Shown: in pieces, positions 1 to 10,048 of the stretch | Layout of the letters: each line of letters starts with the position of its first letter | How positions within the stretch are numbered: position 1 is the first letter of the stretch | Notes under the pieces: model-generated | The model's database searches: none | What the model was told of the DNA's origin: nothing | What the model saw: the letters and a program-made list of their open reading frames with translations, nothing else | Program-made: the position numbers and the translations under genes | NCBI GenBank assembly: GCA_035534315.1 | Contig: DATLSD010000006.1 | Span: 10,839-74,838, forward strand | Source: Elusimicrobiota bacterium | GTDB taxonomy: Bacteria; Elusimicrobiota; Elusimicrobia; UBA1565; UBA9628 | Direction: 5' to 3' | DNA: 64,000 bases

Positions 1-911
1 CCGTCCGCCGGGTTGAAAATCTCGTAAACGCCGGGCTTTACCGGAAGAAGCGCGACGGGCGCGCCGGAAAAATCCTGCTCCGGCGAAGCGCCGGGGCTGG
101 GTGCGGCGTCCGCCGATGGCGCCGGCTCCTGTGCCTTCGGACCGGCCAGGTTCGCGAGAATGGCGCCGCAGTCGCTTTTCCACCAGTCGCCCCGCAGGGC
201 CACGCGGCGCGAACGCACGCGCGAGGCTTGGCAGACGGCGTCCACGTAGAAGCGGGGCGAGGGATAGGAAGCGCCGCCTGCCGGGTGGACGAACTCGATG
301 CCCGCGGCTTCGCCCACGGCCAGCAGCGCGGAAAACAAGGCGTTGGCGTCATGGACCTGCGCGAGGCGGGCCTTGGGCTCGATGATGCTGGCCAAGCGGG
401 TCAAGGCAGCCCGATAGGCGCGATCATCCGCGGCTTGCCGGCGCTTCAAGCGCTCGACATCGTCCGCATCCCCCTGCTCGATGAGGCGGGCAAGCTTCTC
501 CATCAAGCCGTCTTGCAAGCTTCGCACGCTTTCCAGCGTGGCTTCTTTCTCCTCGACCTTGACGTCGGCCGAGCCCGCGGGCGAGAGCGCGTCCGCGACG
601 GTCTGCAGGTAGAGTCTAAAATCCTCGGCCGCGCCCGTGCTCTTGGCGAAATCCTGCGCCGATTCGCGCCGCACGGCCGCGCCCAAGCGCCCCACCGCGA
701 GCAGCGAGAATCCATTGTACGCGGGAGCGCCCGAGAAAATGCCGCCCTGGGAAGCGGTGAAAAGATGTCGCCGCGGCCCCGCAGGAGCGCCGTCCTTGGC
801 GCGCACGGCGAAGACGTCGACCTGCCCGGCCTCGACCTTGTAAATCCAGCCCGCGTCATCCAAAAGAACCGGATGGTTGCCGGAGAGTTGCATCAGCGCT
901 TCCGGACTCAT
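1..911 (-). CDS. Partial N-terminal portion of a second NHLP-system ABC-type transporter, with a cyclic-nucleotide-binding-like domain; runs off the window start
   Basis: Hand-translated minus frame from ATG near 909-911 with GAGGAG RBS, 8 nt after the stop of the C39 ABC gene. Open to position 1, which explains its absence from the ORF track. N-terminus (HPVLLDDAGWIYKVEAGQVDVFAV...) is paralogous to ORF 10805..11509. NHLP loci typically carry a second, cNMP-domain ABC protein. Confidence 0.4.
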   Translation of the reverse strand, partial: MSPEALMQLSGNHPVLLDDAGWIYKVEAGQVDVFAVRAKDGAPAGPRRHLFTASQGGIFSGAPAYNGFSLLAVGRLGAAVRRESAQDFAKSTGAAEDFRLYLQTVADALSPAGSADVKVEEKEATLESVRSLQDGLMEKLARLIEQGDADDVERLKRRQAADDRAYRAALTRLASIIEPKARLAQVHDANALFSALLAVGEAAGIEFVHPAGGASYPSPRFYVDAVCQASRVRSRRVALRGDWWKSDCGAILANLAGPKAQEPAPSADAAPSPGASPEQDFSGAPVALLPVKPGVYEIFNPAD

Positions 912-918
912 CGGCTCC

Positions 919-3126
919 TCACTGCACCCCGGCCAGCCGCGCGTAGGCGCCGCCTTGCGCCTTTAACTCGTCGTGGGTGCCGCGCTCGACCGTCTTGCCG
1001 TCCTCGAGCACGATAATCTCATCGGCGTCGCGCACCGTGCTCAGACGGTGAGCGATAATGATGCAGGTGCATCCCCGGCGGCGCAGATTGTCGTCGATGA
1101 TTTTTTCCGTCACGGTATCCAAGGCGCTGGTGGCCTCGTCCAGGACCAGCACGCGCGGGTTCAAGACCAAAGCCCGCGCGATTTCCAGGCGCTGGCGCTG
1201 GCCGCCGCTCAAATTGGCGCCGCCCTCCTCCAAAACCGCGTCATAGCCGCCCGCGCGCGCGACGATGTCGTTATGGATGCAGGCATCCCGGGCAGCGGCG
1301 ACAATTTGATCCTCGGGCACGGTGTCATCCCAAAGGGTCAGGTTGTCGCGCACCGTGCCGGCAAAAAGCGCGATGTCCTGGTCCACGAAGGCCACCGAGT
1401 TGGCTAAAAGCGCGCGCGGCAGTTTCTCCCGCGGCACGCCGTCGAAAAGGATGTCGCCGCTCCAAGGCGGGTAAAGACCCGTGAGTATTTTTGAAATGGT
1501 GGATTTGCCGCAGCCGCTGGGCCCGACCAGCGCCACGCGGCTGCCGGGCTTAAGCGATAGGCTGAAGTCCTCAATGAGCGGCTCGGAAAGCCGTGAATAG
1601 CCGAAGGTCAGGCCGCGCAAGTCAACTTGACCCGAAAGTTTGGCCTGCGGCGGTTCGGCCTCAGAGCCTGTGGGCTCCGCCTCCGCCGAAGCCGCAGGAT
1701 CGGCCGGATAGGCCATGACGTCGTCCAGGCGGTTCATGTCGCCCTCGAATTCTTGGAACGTGCCCATGAGGTTGACGGTGCGATTGACCGGATCGATGAA
1801 GCTCGCCATGAGGCTCTGGAACGCGACCAAAAGGCCCAGCGTCATGTGCCCGCGCATGACGCTCAAGCCTCCGAAAGCCAGCACCGCGGCCGTGGCCAGG
1901 GCCTGCAAGAGCGGCGGAATCTGCAGGAAAGGCTGGGTGACCTCGTTCAACTGGAGAGTGTAGCTCACCAGCTTGGCCTGATAGCCGGCCCAGGTGGAGA
2001 AAAAATCCGACTCCCCCCCGGTCGCCTTCAGGGTCTCGATGGCCTGCAGGCCGCCCATGGAAACGCCCATGAGCTTGCCCTGCTCGCGCACCAGGCGCCG
2101 GTTTCCATCGACGCGCTTTCTTTGGATAGCGCGCGCGGCGGCGTAGTTGGCGCCCAAGGCTCCGATGGCGATCAATGTCAAAAGCGGGTTGATGGCGAAC
2201 ATCAGGGCCGCATAGAAGACGACCATGACCAGGTCAACCGCGGCCCCGGCCATGTCGGAGGCCATGATGTGGGCCAGGCGCTTGTTGATGGCCACGCGGT
2301 TGGCGATGTCGCCGCAGAAGCGCTGCGCGTAGAAGTCCACGGGCAGGCGCAGCACGTGCCAGAGAAATTTTCCGGAGCCCGAGACCGAGAGCTTGGTCTC
2401 CAGGCGGTTCAAGTAGTATTTCTGCAGCCAGGTAAGCGCCCCGCGCATGACGGCGGTGATGAGCATTCCCAGCAAGAGGGGCTTGATCCAGTCCGTCATC
2501 TGGAGCACGAGGTAATCGTCCACGAAGATGCGGATGAAGGTGGGGATGACCAGGCCCGGCACGACCAGGGCCAGGCCGGCGATGATGATGTAGGAAAGCG
2601 CCTCCTTGGAGGATTCCATGCGCTGGCGCAAGCCCGGCCACATGGATGGTTTCACGCCGCCCTTCTTGAACTCAGGGCCCGGCTTGAAGGCCAGCGTCAC
2701 GCCGGTGAAGGACTCGTCGAATTCCTCGTCTGAAACCGCGCGCGGGCCGACCGCCGGATCGGCGAGATGGACTACGCCCTTGCCGAAGCCCTCGACCACC
2801 AAGAAGTGGTTGAAGTTCCAGAACACGATGACCGGCAGGGCCATCTGCCGCAGTTCCTGCGGTTCTTTGCGGTAGCCCGTCGCTTCAAGCCCGTAGGCGC
2901 GCGCCGCGCGAAGGACGTTGCGGGCGTTGCTGCCGTCGCGGGAGACGCCGCAGGCCTTGCGCAGTTCCTCCAAGGGAACGTAGCGCCCGTAATAACCCAG
3001 CACCATGGCCAGGGACGCCGCCCCGCACTCGACCGCCTCCATCTGCAGGACGGTCGGCACGCGGGCCCGGCTCGGCCGCCCGAAAATCCGCGCGACCGGC
3101 TCAAGCAGGGATTTAGGAAGAGGCAC
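919..3126 (-). CDS. Bacteriocin/NHLP-type ABC transporter with N-terminal C39 peptidase domain, permease and ATPase
   Basis: 735 aa. C39 Cys motif (ECGAASLAMVLGYYG) sits at the N-terminus, a TM region in the middle, and Walker A GPSGCGKST plus LSGGQRQRLEIARAL at the C-terminus. Confidence 0.9.
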   Translation of the reverse strand: MPLPKSLLEPVARIFGRPSRARVPTVLQMEAVECGAASLAMVLGYYGRYVPLEELRKACGVSRDGSNARNVLRAARAYGLEATGYRKEPQELRQMALPVIVFWNFNHFLVVEGFGKGVVHLADPAVGPRAVSDEEFDESFTGVTLAFKPGPEFKKGGVKPSMWPGLRQRMESSKEALSYIIIAGLALVVPGLVIPTFIRIFVDDYLVLQMTDWIKPLLLGMLITAVMRGALTWLQKYYLNRLETKLSVSGSGKFLWHVLRLPVDFYAQRFCGDIANRVAINKRLAHIMASDMAGAAVDLVMVVFYAALMFAINPLLTLIAIGALGANYAAARAIQRKRVDGNRRLVREQGKLMGVSMGGLQAIETLKATGGESDFFSTWAGYQAKLVSYTLQLNEVTQPFLQIPPLLQALATAAVLAFGGLSVMRGHMTLGLLVAFQSLMASFIDPVNRTVNLMGTFQEFEGDMNRLDDVMAYPADPAASAEAEPTGSEAEPPQAKLSGQVDLRGLTFGYSRLSEPLIEDFSLSLKPGSRVALVGPSGCGKSTISKILTGLYPPWSGDILFDGVPREKLPRALLANSVAFVDQDIALFAGTVRDNLTLWDDTVPEDQIVAAARDACIHNDIVARAGGYDAVLEEGGANLSGGQRQRLEIARALVLNPRVLVLDEATSALDTVTEKIIDDNLRRRGCTCIIIAHRLSTVRDADEIIVLEDGKTVERGTHDELKAQGGAYARLAGVQ

Positions 3127-3133
3127 GTTGGGA

Positions 3134-4210
3134 TCAGAGCCCGAGCAGCGACTTCATCGCCGGGATGACCAAGGTGATGGGCCGGCGCTTCTTGACGATA
3201 ATGCGCACGTCGCACATCATGCCGGCCTTGATCTTCAGTTGGGGCCCCTCCGAGGAAGACCAGCGGTAGCCGCTGAAGTTGTTGGAATCCTTGTCCAGCG
3301 ATATCCTTAAAATGTAGGGAGCGCCGCCCGAAGTGAGCTCCTGGTCTAGAATGTTGTTGCGCGTAAGCTCGAAAATCATCTGTTCGCGCGCGGGAAATTC
3401 GGAGACGTAGTAGACTTGGCCCGTGAGATAGCCGTACTCTTCCTTCTTAATGATGCGCGGCGAAACCTCGGCGGCCATCCCGGGCTTGGCCTGGTTGCCC
3501 ACGCTGGGGATGAACGCGATGGCGTTGAGACTTTGCCCCTCATCGACGTAGGTCATAAGGAAGGCGCCCTTCTGGATGAGCGTTCCGGGCGAGGTCATGA
3601 CCTCGACGATGCGCCCGCTCTTGGGGGCAATGACATCGGTGGCCTCTTTAAGCTCCATGCCGTTTAGGGCCAGCTGGTTTTGCAGGGACTTGAGGCTGGT
3701 TTGCGCCCGGGCCAAGTTCTGCTTCGCGGTCTCAAGCACGTCGGGCGCGATGAGGCCGTCCTTGAGCGCCACCTGCATCGCGCGCACCTGCCGGTCCAGG
3801 CTGCGGATATGCTCCTGGGTCGCCGCGATGCTTTGGTTTATTTCGCCCGCGGAGCGCGCGCCCTTTTGCGCCATGCTGCTTTGATCCAAAGTCGCCACGA
3901 CCTCGTCCTTGGTGACCAAGTCCCCCTCGGCGACGAAAATCTGCTTGACGATGCCGGTCCCGGGCGAGTAGATATTGTCGACGCCTCGCGGCGGCATGAT
4001 GATGGCCGGACCCGAGATGGTGGTGGGGATGCTTCCCAGCACGGACCAAATGAGCGCCAAAACGATGAGGGCGCACAGCGTCCACAAGGCGTACCAGCCC
4101 TTGGGCGTGGTCACCTGCATCAGGTAGTCGAGCTGCTCGGGCGTGGAGAGCCGCTCCAAGGAAGCCTTTCGGAATATCTCTTGCTCGGCCATGGGGTTGA
4201 ATCTTAACAC
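3134..4210 (-). CDS. HlyD-family secretion adaptor of the bacteriocin export system
   Basis: 358 aa with an N-terminal TM and a long coiled-coil; 8 nt upstream of the ABC exporter. Confidence 0.8.
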   Translation of the reverse strand: MLRFNPMAEQEIFRKASLERLSTPEQLDYLMQVTTPKGWYALWTLCALIVLALIWSVLGSIPTTISGPAIIMPPRGVDNIYSPGTGIVKQIFVAEGDLVTKDEVVATLDQSSMAQKGARSAGEINQSIAATQEHIRSLDRQVRAMQVALKDGLIAPDVLETAKQNLARAQTSLKSLQNQLALNGMELKEATDVIAPKSGRIVEVMTSPGTLIQKGAFLMTYVDEGQSLNAIAFIPSVGNQAKPGMAAEVSPRIIKKEEYGYLTGQVYYVSEFPAREQMIFELTRNNILDQELTSGGAPYILRISLDKDSNNFSGYRWSSSEGPQLKIKAGMMCDVRIIVKKRRPITLVIPAMKSLLGL

Positions 4211-4226
4211 TCAATACGATGGGTAT

Positions 4227-7200
4227 TCAAGCGAACGCCTCGACTTCCGGCAGATCGTCAAGCAGGAACCGCGCGGCCGCGTAGCCGACGCCCGCCTGGC
4301 CCTGGAAAAAGCCGGGATTGGGCGGCCCCCCGTCAAAACCCAGGCGCAGCGCCCCGCGCCGGGCCCGGGAAACAACGCGCGCAATTTTATGCCGTGCTTG
4401 CCGCGTCAAAGCCTCGTCGCTCAGCGCCCGCGCGGCGCGCGCGAGGAAGAGAGCGGCTCCCGCCTCGCCGCAGCAGAGATGATCCACGGCAGGTTCGTCC
4501 GCGTAGCGCTCCACGGCCGCGGCGGCCCAGCGCGCGGCCCGCGAAAAATCGAGCCCCAAAATCCGGCCCGTTTCCAGCAAGCCGAGGCCGACGCCCGCCG
4601 CGCCGCCGCACCAGCTCAAGACAAAGCGCGGCTTGTCCCCCTGCCCGAAATCGCGCCAGTCCGGCCAGTTGCCCGCCTCGGCGTCGTAGCTCGAGGCGCA
4701 GAGCTCGGCCAGATCGCGGGAAATCTCCGCCCAAGGCCCGCCGCGCTTGCTCATCCGCGCGCAGACATAGGCCGCGCCCGCCGCGCCGTGGGCGAAACCC
4801 AACTCCGGCCGTTGCGCCCGGCCCGAGGCGATATCGTTGAACAGGCTCCGGCTCGCGGCGAGAAATTCATTTCCGATCTCTTCACGCCGCCTATCCAACT
4901 CCCCGGCCAAATCGGTCGGCGGGGCGCCGGGCAGCGCGTCGAGCGCCAAAAGCGCGCCGGGAATTCCTCCCAGCAAATCCGTCCGGCGCGCATCCTCCGA
5001 AGACAGATATTTGGGCGAAAGCGCCGCGGCCAACTGGGCCGCTTCCGCGATGAGTGATTCTTCTCCCAGGATTCGTCCGATGGCCGAAAGACCGTAGGAC
5101 AAGGACGCCGCTCCCGTGCCGATGCCCAGGCCCATGCCGCGCGTCAGCCGCTCCATGCCGTAGCGGCGCGAGTCCCGCGCGACCAGGCGCGCCGTGGCCA
5201 ACGCGACGCCGCGGGTCCGGGGATTTTTCCCCAGCTTATGGGCCGCGGCCAGAAAAAGCGCGATGCCCAGCGCGCCGTCGAAAAGCCGGCCGCCGACCGG
5301 GCCGTACTGCCAGTTGCGGGAACGCTCGTCGTAGCACATGGAGAGCCACCACGCCTCATCGCCCGCGGTCGTCAAGGCGCTTTCAAGCAAGTCGTCGGCC
5401 AGATTGAGAACAAAATCCTGCATGACGTCCGGATTAAAATCCTCCGCCGCCCCGGCTTCACCGCCTGGGACAAGCTTCGCCGGCGCCGCTTTCGGCGTGA
5501 AAAAGCTCGCGCGCAAAAACCGGCTCTGCCGGGCCAAGTCCGCCTCGTCAAGAGCGGCCAGGCGCTTGCGGACCAAATCAAGCGGCGCCTCGTTCATCAC
5601 CAGAATCCGCCGCCCGCCGCAAGACGCGTAATCATGGCCTGGCGCGGTTTTAAACACCGGGACATCTCGGCAAGACAGCGCCCGGATTTCCTCGACCGCG
5701 CTCAAGCCCAGGCTTTGCCGCTCCTTCTCGTCTTCCACGCCCGAAAGCGCGCGCCAGAGCGGCTCGAACACGAAGCCTTGGGCCGCGCCATCCTTGAGCG
5801 CGGCGGGCTCCAGCGATTTTTGCAGCATGTGCGCGTAAACGCGGGTGTTGCGCAGGATAAAGCGCGTCGGCAGGTTCTCAAGGGACTCAAGCGCGGCGGA
5901 AACGGCTCGGCGGAACTCCGGGCGAAGAGCCTGGCGGTAGGCCGCGGCGAAGCCCGATTCGATGTCGTCGAGGAAATCAGCCGCGGCGACGGGCCGGCCG
6001 TTTAAAAGCGGCTTGTTGGCGCTCGACTCGATCCTCACTCGGACCTTCGCCACGCGCATGCGGTCACGGTTAGCGAACTCCCATCGCAGAGCCTCCCCAG
6101 ATTCCTCCGCGCTTCCCCCCGCTAAGCCGCTCGACTCCAAAATCCGGCCGCCTCCCAAAAACTCGTAGCGCGGCAGAAGCGCCGTGCGCACCACCGATTC
6201 AAAGAAGAAGCGGTGCTGGGCCAAATTGGCCGCGTCGAAGGCGCCCTCTCCCAGGCGCGGCCGCGGGCAGCAGAGAGTCTCCAAATCAATCGGATAAGGG
6301 CCGGCTGCCGTCGCGACGATGTTTTCGTGGTGCAAATCCGAGGCGCCCAGCAGGTACATATGAAAAAGCAGCTCGCCCCCGGACCTGAAGTATTTCCGCA
6401 CTTGAGCCTCTTCCGTAAAATCAGCCCGGCGGGCGAACGCGCAATAACCGTAGCCGCCGCGGTCGAGCACGCGCAGACGGCCCAAGCCGGAGACAAAGCC
6501 CGCCGCGTCAAGCCTGTCCAAGTAGGCGCAAAACCACGCTTCGGCCGCCAAGGGCTTGGGCTTATAAAGGAAGCGTCCGCCGCCGTCCAATTCCAGCAGG
6601 GCCACGGTCTTGCCGCCCTCGTGCGGATCCGAAACGCCGAATTCAGCGCGCGAGATGCGCCTAAACATGTCACTTGCCGCGAAAATCTTGGCCAGTTCCG
6701 GCCAATCCTCGGCGAGACGGGAGACGAACAGGGCCGCGTTCCTGCGCCAATTTTCGAGCAGGACGGCCATGACGCGAAGGAGCGCCGGATATTCTTCGAA
6801 GAACGCGCGGAAGTCCTCCGCGAGGAATCGATGGACGAACGCGCGGAAAGCCGCGTCAGAGTCGGGATCGAAGCCGGAGAGTTCCGCGCCTTCGAGGCCG
6901 CGGAAGACGGCGAACTCGGCCGCCAGGCAATAAGCCGAAGCCCCGCAAAGGTTCCTGAGCAGATCGCGCCCGATATCTCTCCAAGCTTGCGGCGCCAGCG
7001 GTGCCTCCGGAACAGCCGCAGCGCAAGCGCCCTTGAGGCGTGCGAGCTCGTGCTCGGTTAGCGCCGACCAGACAGGGCCAAAAGGAATGTCCGCGCCGGG
7101 CAGGGCGGCCGCGTCTTGTTCCGCGTCCCTTTGCGGCTTTTCCCGACCGCACGAGAGAAAGTCGATAATGTCGACCGCGGCGGGAACCCAGCTCTCATCC

Positions 7201-7391
7201 GCGGGAGAAAAATCGCGAAACGTCTTGCGAAGCTCCAAAAGGCCGGGCGCCAGCGGATCGATGGCCGCGCGCCAAGCCTCTTCGTCAGCGCCGCTCGAGC
7301 CGCCGACGGAGAGCCGCTCGGACAAGGAGCGCGCCTTGGGCACGAGCGCCTGGACGAAGACCTCCGGCGGGGCCGCGGACGCCGTGCTCAC
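4227..7391 (-). CDS. Class II lanthipeptide synthetase (LanM; dehydratase plus LanC-like cyclase)
   Basis: 1054 aa. N-domain carries YKPKP and DLHHEN motifs. C-domain carries GFAHGAAG, SWCGGAAG (WCxG) and HLCCGEAG, a CCG motif rather than CHG, as in ProcM. Confidence 0.85.
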   Translation of the reverse strand: MSTASAAPPEVFVQALVPKARSLSERLSVGGSSGADEEAWRAAIDPLAPGLLELRKTFRDFSPADESWVPAAVDIIDFLSCGREKPQRDAEQDAAALPGADIPFGPVWSALTEHELARLKGACAAAVPEAPLAPQAWRDIGRDLLRNLCGASAYCLAAEFAVFRGLEGAELSGFDPDSDAAFRAFVHRFLAEDFRAFFEEYPALLRVMAVLLENWRRNAALFVSRLAEDWPELAKIFAASDMFRRISRAEFGVSDPHEGGKTVALLELDGGGRFLYKPKPLAAEAWFCAYLDRLDAAGFVSGLGRLRVLDRGGYGYCAFARRADFTEEAQVRKYFRSGGELLFHMYLLGASDLHHENIVATAAGPYPIDLETLCCPRPRLGEGAFDAANLAQHRFFFESVVRTALLPRYEFLGGGRILESSGLAGGSAEESGEALRWEFANRDRMRVAKVRVRIESSANKPLLNGRPVAAADFLDDIESGFAAAYRQALRPEFRRAVSAALESLENLPTRFILRNTRVYAHMLQKSLEPAALKDGAAQGFVFEPLWRALSGVEDEKERQSLGLSAVEEIRALSCRDVPVFKTAPGHDYASCGGRRILVMNEAPLDLVRKRLAALDEADLARQSRFLRASFFTPKAAPAKLVPGGEAGAAEDFNPDVMQDFVLNLADDLLESALTTAGDEAWWLSMCYDERSRNWQYGPVGGRLFDGALGIALFLAAAHKLGKNPRTRGVALATARLVARDSRRYGMERLTRGMGLGIGTGAASLSYGLSAIGRILGEESLIAEAAQLAAALSPKYLSSEDARRTDLLGGIPGALLALDALPGAPPTDLAGELDRRREEIGNEFLAASRSLFNDIASGRAQRPELGFAHGAAGAAYVCARMSKRGGPWAEISRDLAELCASSYDAEAGNWPDWRDFGQGDKPRFVLSWCGGAAGVGLGLLETGRILGLDFSRAARWAAAAVERYADEPAVDHLCCGEAGAALFLARAARALSDEALTRQARHKIARVVSRARRGALRLGFDGGPPNPGFFQGQAGVGYAAARFLLDDLPEVEAFA

Positions 7392-8119
7392 GGCCCTTCC
7401 CGCCGCAGCCGCCAGGCCTCGGGATCGCGCGCGATAGCGTCCAAAAAGGCGAGATGGTTCGTGTGGTTGACGAAATTAAAGCTCAGGGTGACGGAGGGTT
7501 CTAGGCTCTGCGCCGAGTGCACGCGGCCGGCGGGGATCAAGAGCACGTCGCCGGGCTCGAGTTCCACGTCTTCGCTTGCGGCCAGGCCCTCCGCTCCGGC
7601 CAGACCGCGCAGGCTCACGCGCTTGCGGCCGACGAGCTGCGCCAGCCAGGCGTGCGTGGAGAACAAATCCGCGTGCGGCAGGGTTTCGGTGCCCGCCGGG
7701 CCGATGAAAAGCCAGCCGAATTTGCGCAGGTACCAGCTCTTCTGCGCGGGCGCGCGGAAGTCGAGCAGCGTGCGGCAGAACTCGGGAAACGCGAAGTCTT
7801 TAAGAAGCTCGGGATGATCCGCGAAGGGAGAATACTGCAGGGTGTACCACCGAGGCTCCTCAGCCGGGCCGGCTCCGCTTAAAATCCAATCGATGAATTC
7901 GGCCAAGCGCATCTTCTTGCCGCGCTTGGTCGCGCCGATTTTATCGCCCACGACCACCTCGTCTTGTCCCAACCTTTCGCGCAGAAACTTCCAGTTCCAG
8001 CGCTCGAACGCCCTCCAGCGCTTGGCGTAGCCCTTGAAGAGCGCCGGAATGCCCGGCGCGGAGAGCAGAGAGCGCTCGGCTTCCTCGGCGGAAATTTCCT
8101 CGCTGAATATCCGGATCAT
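7388..8119 (-). CDS. JmjC/cupin-like Fe(II)/2-oxoglutarate-type oxygenase, a candidate peptide hydroxylase
   Basis: 243 aa. HxD (LPHAD) followed by a distal His (RVHSAQ) in a cupin-sized protein; 4-nt overlap with the lanM start. Confidence 0.55.
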   Translation of the reverse strand: MIRIFSEEISAEEAERSLLSAPGIPALFKGYAKRWRAFERWNWKFLRERLGQDEVVVGDKIGATKRGKKMRLAEFIDWILSGAGPAEEPRWYTLQYSPFADHPELLKDFAFPEFCRTLLDFRAPAQKSWYLRKFGWLFIGPAGTETLPHADLFSTHAWLAQLVGRKRVSLRGLAGAEGLAASEDVELEPGDVLLIPAGRVHSAQSLEPSVTLSFNFVNHTNHLAFLDAIARDPEAWRLRREGP

Positions 8120-9018
8120 GACGGCGCGCCGGAAGCGAAAGCCGAGCGGCGGCGGATGTCCGCGCTAAAGCGCTCCTTCAAGATGCCTGAAAGCCTTTCC
8201 AGCAGCCGATCGCAGAGGTCGCGCGGGGTATAACCGGAAATCCGCGAGAGGCTCACGCCGATGAACCGGCAGTCCATCTCCGTGTCCTTAAGCCACGCGC
8301 CGAAGCGCTCCATCCGGGCGAAGGCTTCCTCATCGGTGGCGGTGCGGCCCTCGCCGCGCCCGTCCGAGCGGCCGAAGACCAGCAAATGCTTGTTCTCCGG
8401 CGTGACGGAAGGGCTTACGGGAGCGCCGGGCGAAATGCGCAGAAGATGATACGGATTGTTCTTAAAGCGCTCGTACTCTTCCGCAGTGACCTCAAGAGCG
8501 ACGGGATCTCGCTCCGGAGTCAGATTGCAGGAGAAATAGTCCAAGCAGATATCGAGCGCTACGGGGTATTGCGGCCGGATGTCTGAAAGGTTCTTCACCC
8601 GCGCGAAGCGCGCCTGGGCGGCGTCGGGCTTGCCCTGGAGATCGGGCGGCAGCGGCCCCCTGGCCCAGACCATGGCCCGGCGCTGGGCGTCGGTGGTGAA
8701 AATGCAGACCGAGCCGTCGTAAGGCAGGGTGGCCTCGTGCTCGCGGTGCCACCACACCTCGCTGAAAAACCCGTGAAGCACGGCGGGCCAGATAAAATTC
8801 GCGATGTTGAGTTCCTTCAGGATGAAGGCGCGGGTTTCTTCGAGACCGGCGCCCGGTTCCAGCATCGGGCCCTGCAGCGTCGGGAGATCCATGTCCGAGT
8901 GCTCGTCGATATGGACCAGCGAACTGCCGCGGGCGGGAAGAACGCCCTTGGCCGCGGCTTCCTTCCAAAAATAAAACGCCTCGTGGTGTTCCTCAAAAAC
9001 GACGCAGGGGACGGGCAT
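8116..9018 (-). CDS. Hypothetical tailoring protein, possibly UPF0489-like (arginase/deacetylase-related fold)
   Basis: 300 aa. The N-terminal PVPCVVFEEHHEAFYFW motif is reminiscent of the UPF0489 family, from memory only. Translationally coupled on both sides. Confidence 0.3.
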   Translation of the reverse strand: MPVPCVVFEEHHEAFYFWKEAAAKGVLPARGSSLVHIDEHSDMDLPTLQGPMLEPGAGLEETRAFILKELNIANFIWPAVLHGFFSEVWWHREHEATLPYDGSVCIFTTDAQRRAMVWARGPLPPDLQGKPDAAQARFARVKNLSDIRPQYPVALDICLDYFSCNLTPERDPVALEVTAEEYERFKNNPYHLLRISPGAPVSPSVTPENKHLLVFGRSDGRGEGRTATDEEAFARMERFGAWLKDTEMDCRFIGVSLSRISGYTPRDLCDRLLERLSGILKERFSADIRRRSAFASGAPS

Positions 9019-9953
9019 CAGCTCCGCGCGGAGGCCAGCGGAACTTCAAGCCCGCGCAAGGTCCAGGTCTTGTCCAGACAGGGCACCAGGTGCTTGTTTA
9101 ATGAGCGCAGCCACTCCGGATACTCCAAGGGGACGTCGAACTCCGCGCAGCTGGGCGCGCCTTCCTTCAGAAACATCTCGTAGTGCGCGTTCATGGCCGC
9201 GCGCAACAGCAGGACCGCGGCGGCGCGGTGGCGCGCGGCGAAGGCCGGATCGACCCAGAACTTGGTGTAGTAAAGAGTATCGGGCTTCTCAGCGAAGCGA
9301 TGGGTCGCGAACCAGCCCTTAGCCTCGCCCCCCGAGAACAGCATCTGGCTCGTCGACCAGTCGATTTCATTCTCACGAAAGCGCACGCTTAGATGCGCGG
9401 GCGCCCCGGCGCGCGAACCCCGCTCGATGGGGTCGAGCCCCTCGGCGCGGGCCTTGGTCCAGGAAATCACGCGCCAATCGGCGGCCGCGGACTCGCCGGC
9501 GCCCTTGGCCCAGCGCGGAATATTCGCGATGCGGCTCTGGCCGAAGAAAATGCGCGTAAAGGGCGTCCCGCAGCCGGCGCGAACGATGGTTTTTTCGACG
9601 GCCTCAAGCCCCGAAATGCGGCTGCCATAATTGACGGAGAGGCGCTCGAGTCCTGGCCGGCGCGAAAGCTCTTCTATTAGGCGGCGCAAAAGCGCGGCGC
9701 CAAGCCCTTGCCGCCGCCGCCCGGGCAGGACATAGACCGAGAGCAGCTCGGCCTTGCGCTCCGCGGGTTCGAGCCTCGCCAGCGCGAGCCCCTCCGGCTC
9801 CCCGCCCAATCCGAGCGCGGCCGCGGCCAGCCAAGAAAATTCCTTCCTTGCGACGCCCTGGGCGAAAGAAGGGTAGGTGAAACCGGCCCAAGGCGAAAAA
9901 TCCGTCCCGGGCCCCAAGGTGGAAAGCTGTCCGGAATTTAAAATGGCGGTCAT
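9018..9953 (-). CDS. GNAT-family N-acetyltransferase
   Basis: 311 aa with GNAT motif A (RRRQGLGAALLRRLIEE); 1-nt overlap with the next gene. Confidence 0.6.
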   Translation of the reverse strand: MTAILNSGQLSTLGPGTDFSPWAGFTYPSFAQGVARKEFSWLAAAALGLGGEPEGLALARLEPAERKAELLSVYVLPGRRRQGLGAALLRRLIEELSRRPGLERLSVNYGSRISGLEAVEKTIVRAGCGTPFTRIFFGQSRIANIPRWAKGAGESAAADWRVISWTKARAEGLDPIERGSRAGAPAHLSVRFRENEIDWSTSQMLFSGGEAKGWFATHRFAEKPDTLYYTKFWVDPAFAARHRAAAVLLLRAAMNAHYEMFLKEGAPSCAEFDVPLEYPEWLRSLNKHLVPCLDKTWTLRGLEVPLASARS

Positions 9954-10048
9954 AACGTGGCGTTGGATTTAAGAACCCTAAGCTTCGGGGCACGGGAGAA
10001 TGGCCCCGCGCCCCGAAGCGATGCCGTCGTGGATTTGGTCGGCCGAAA

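Noticed and set aside
228-1016. 262-aa plus-strand ORF, and other ORFs at 38..859
   Set aside because: Arg/Ala/Gly-rich translation typical of out-of-frame high-GC sequence. The region is better explained by the hand-translated minus-strand partial gene at 1..911.
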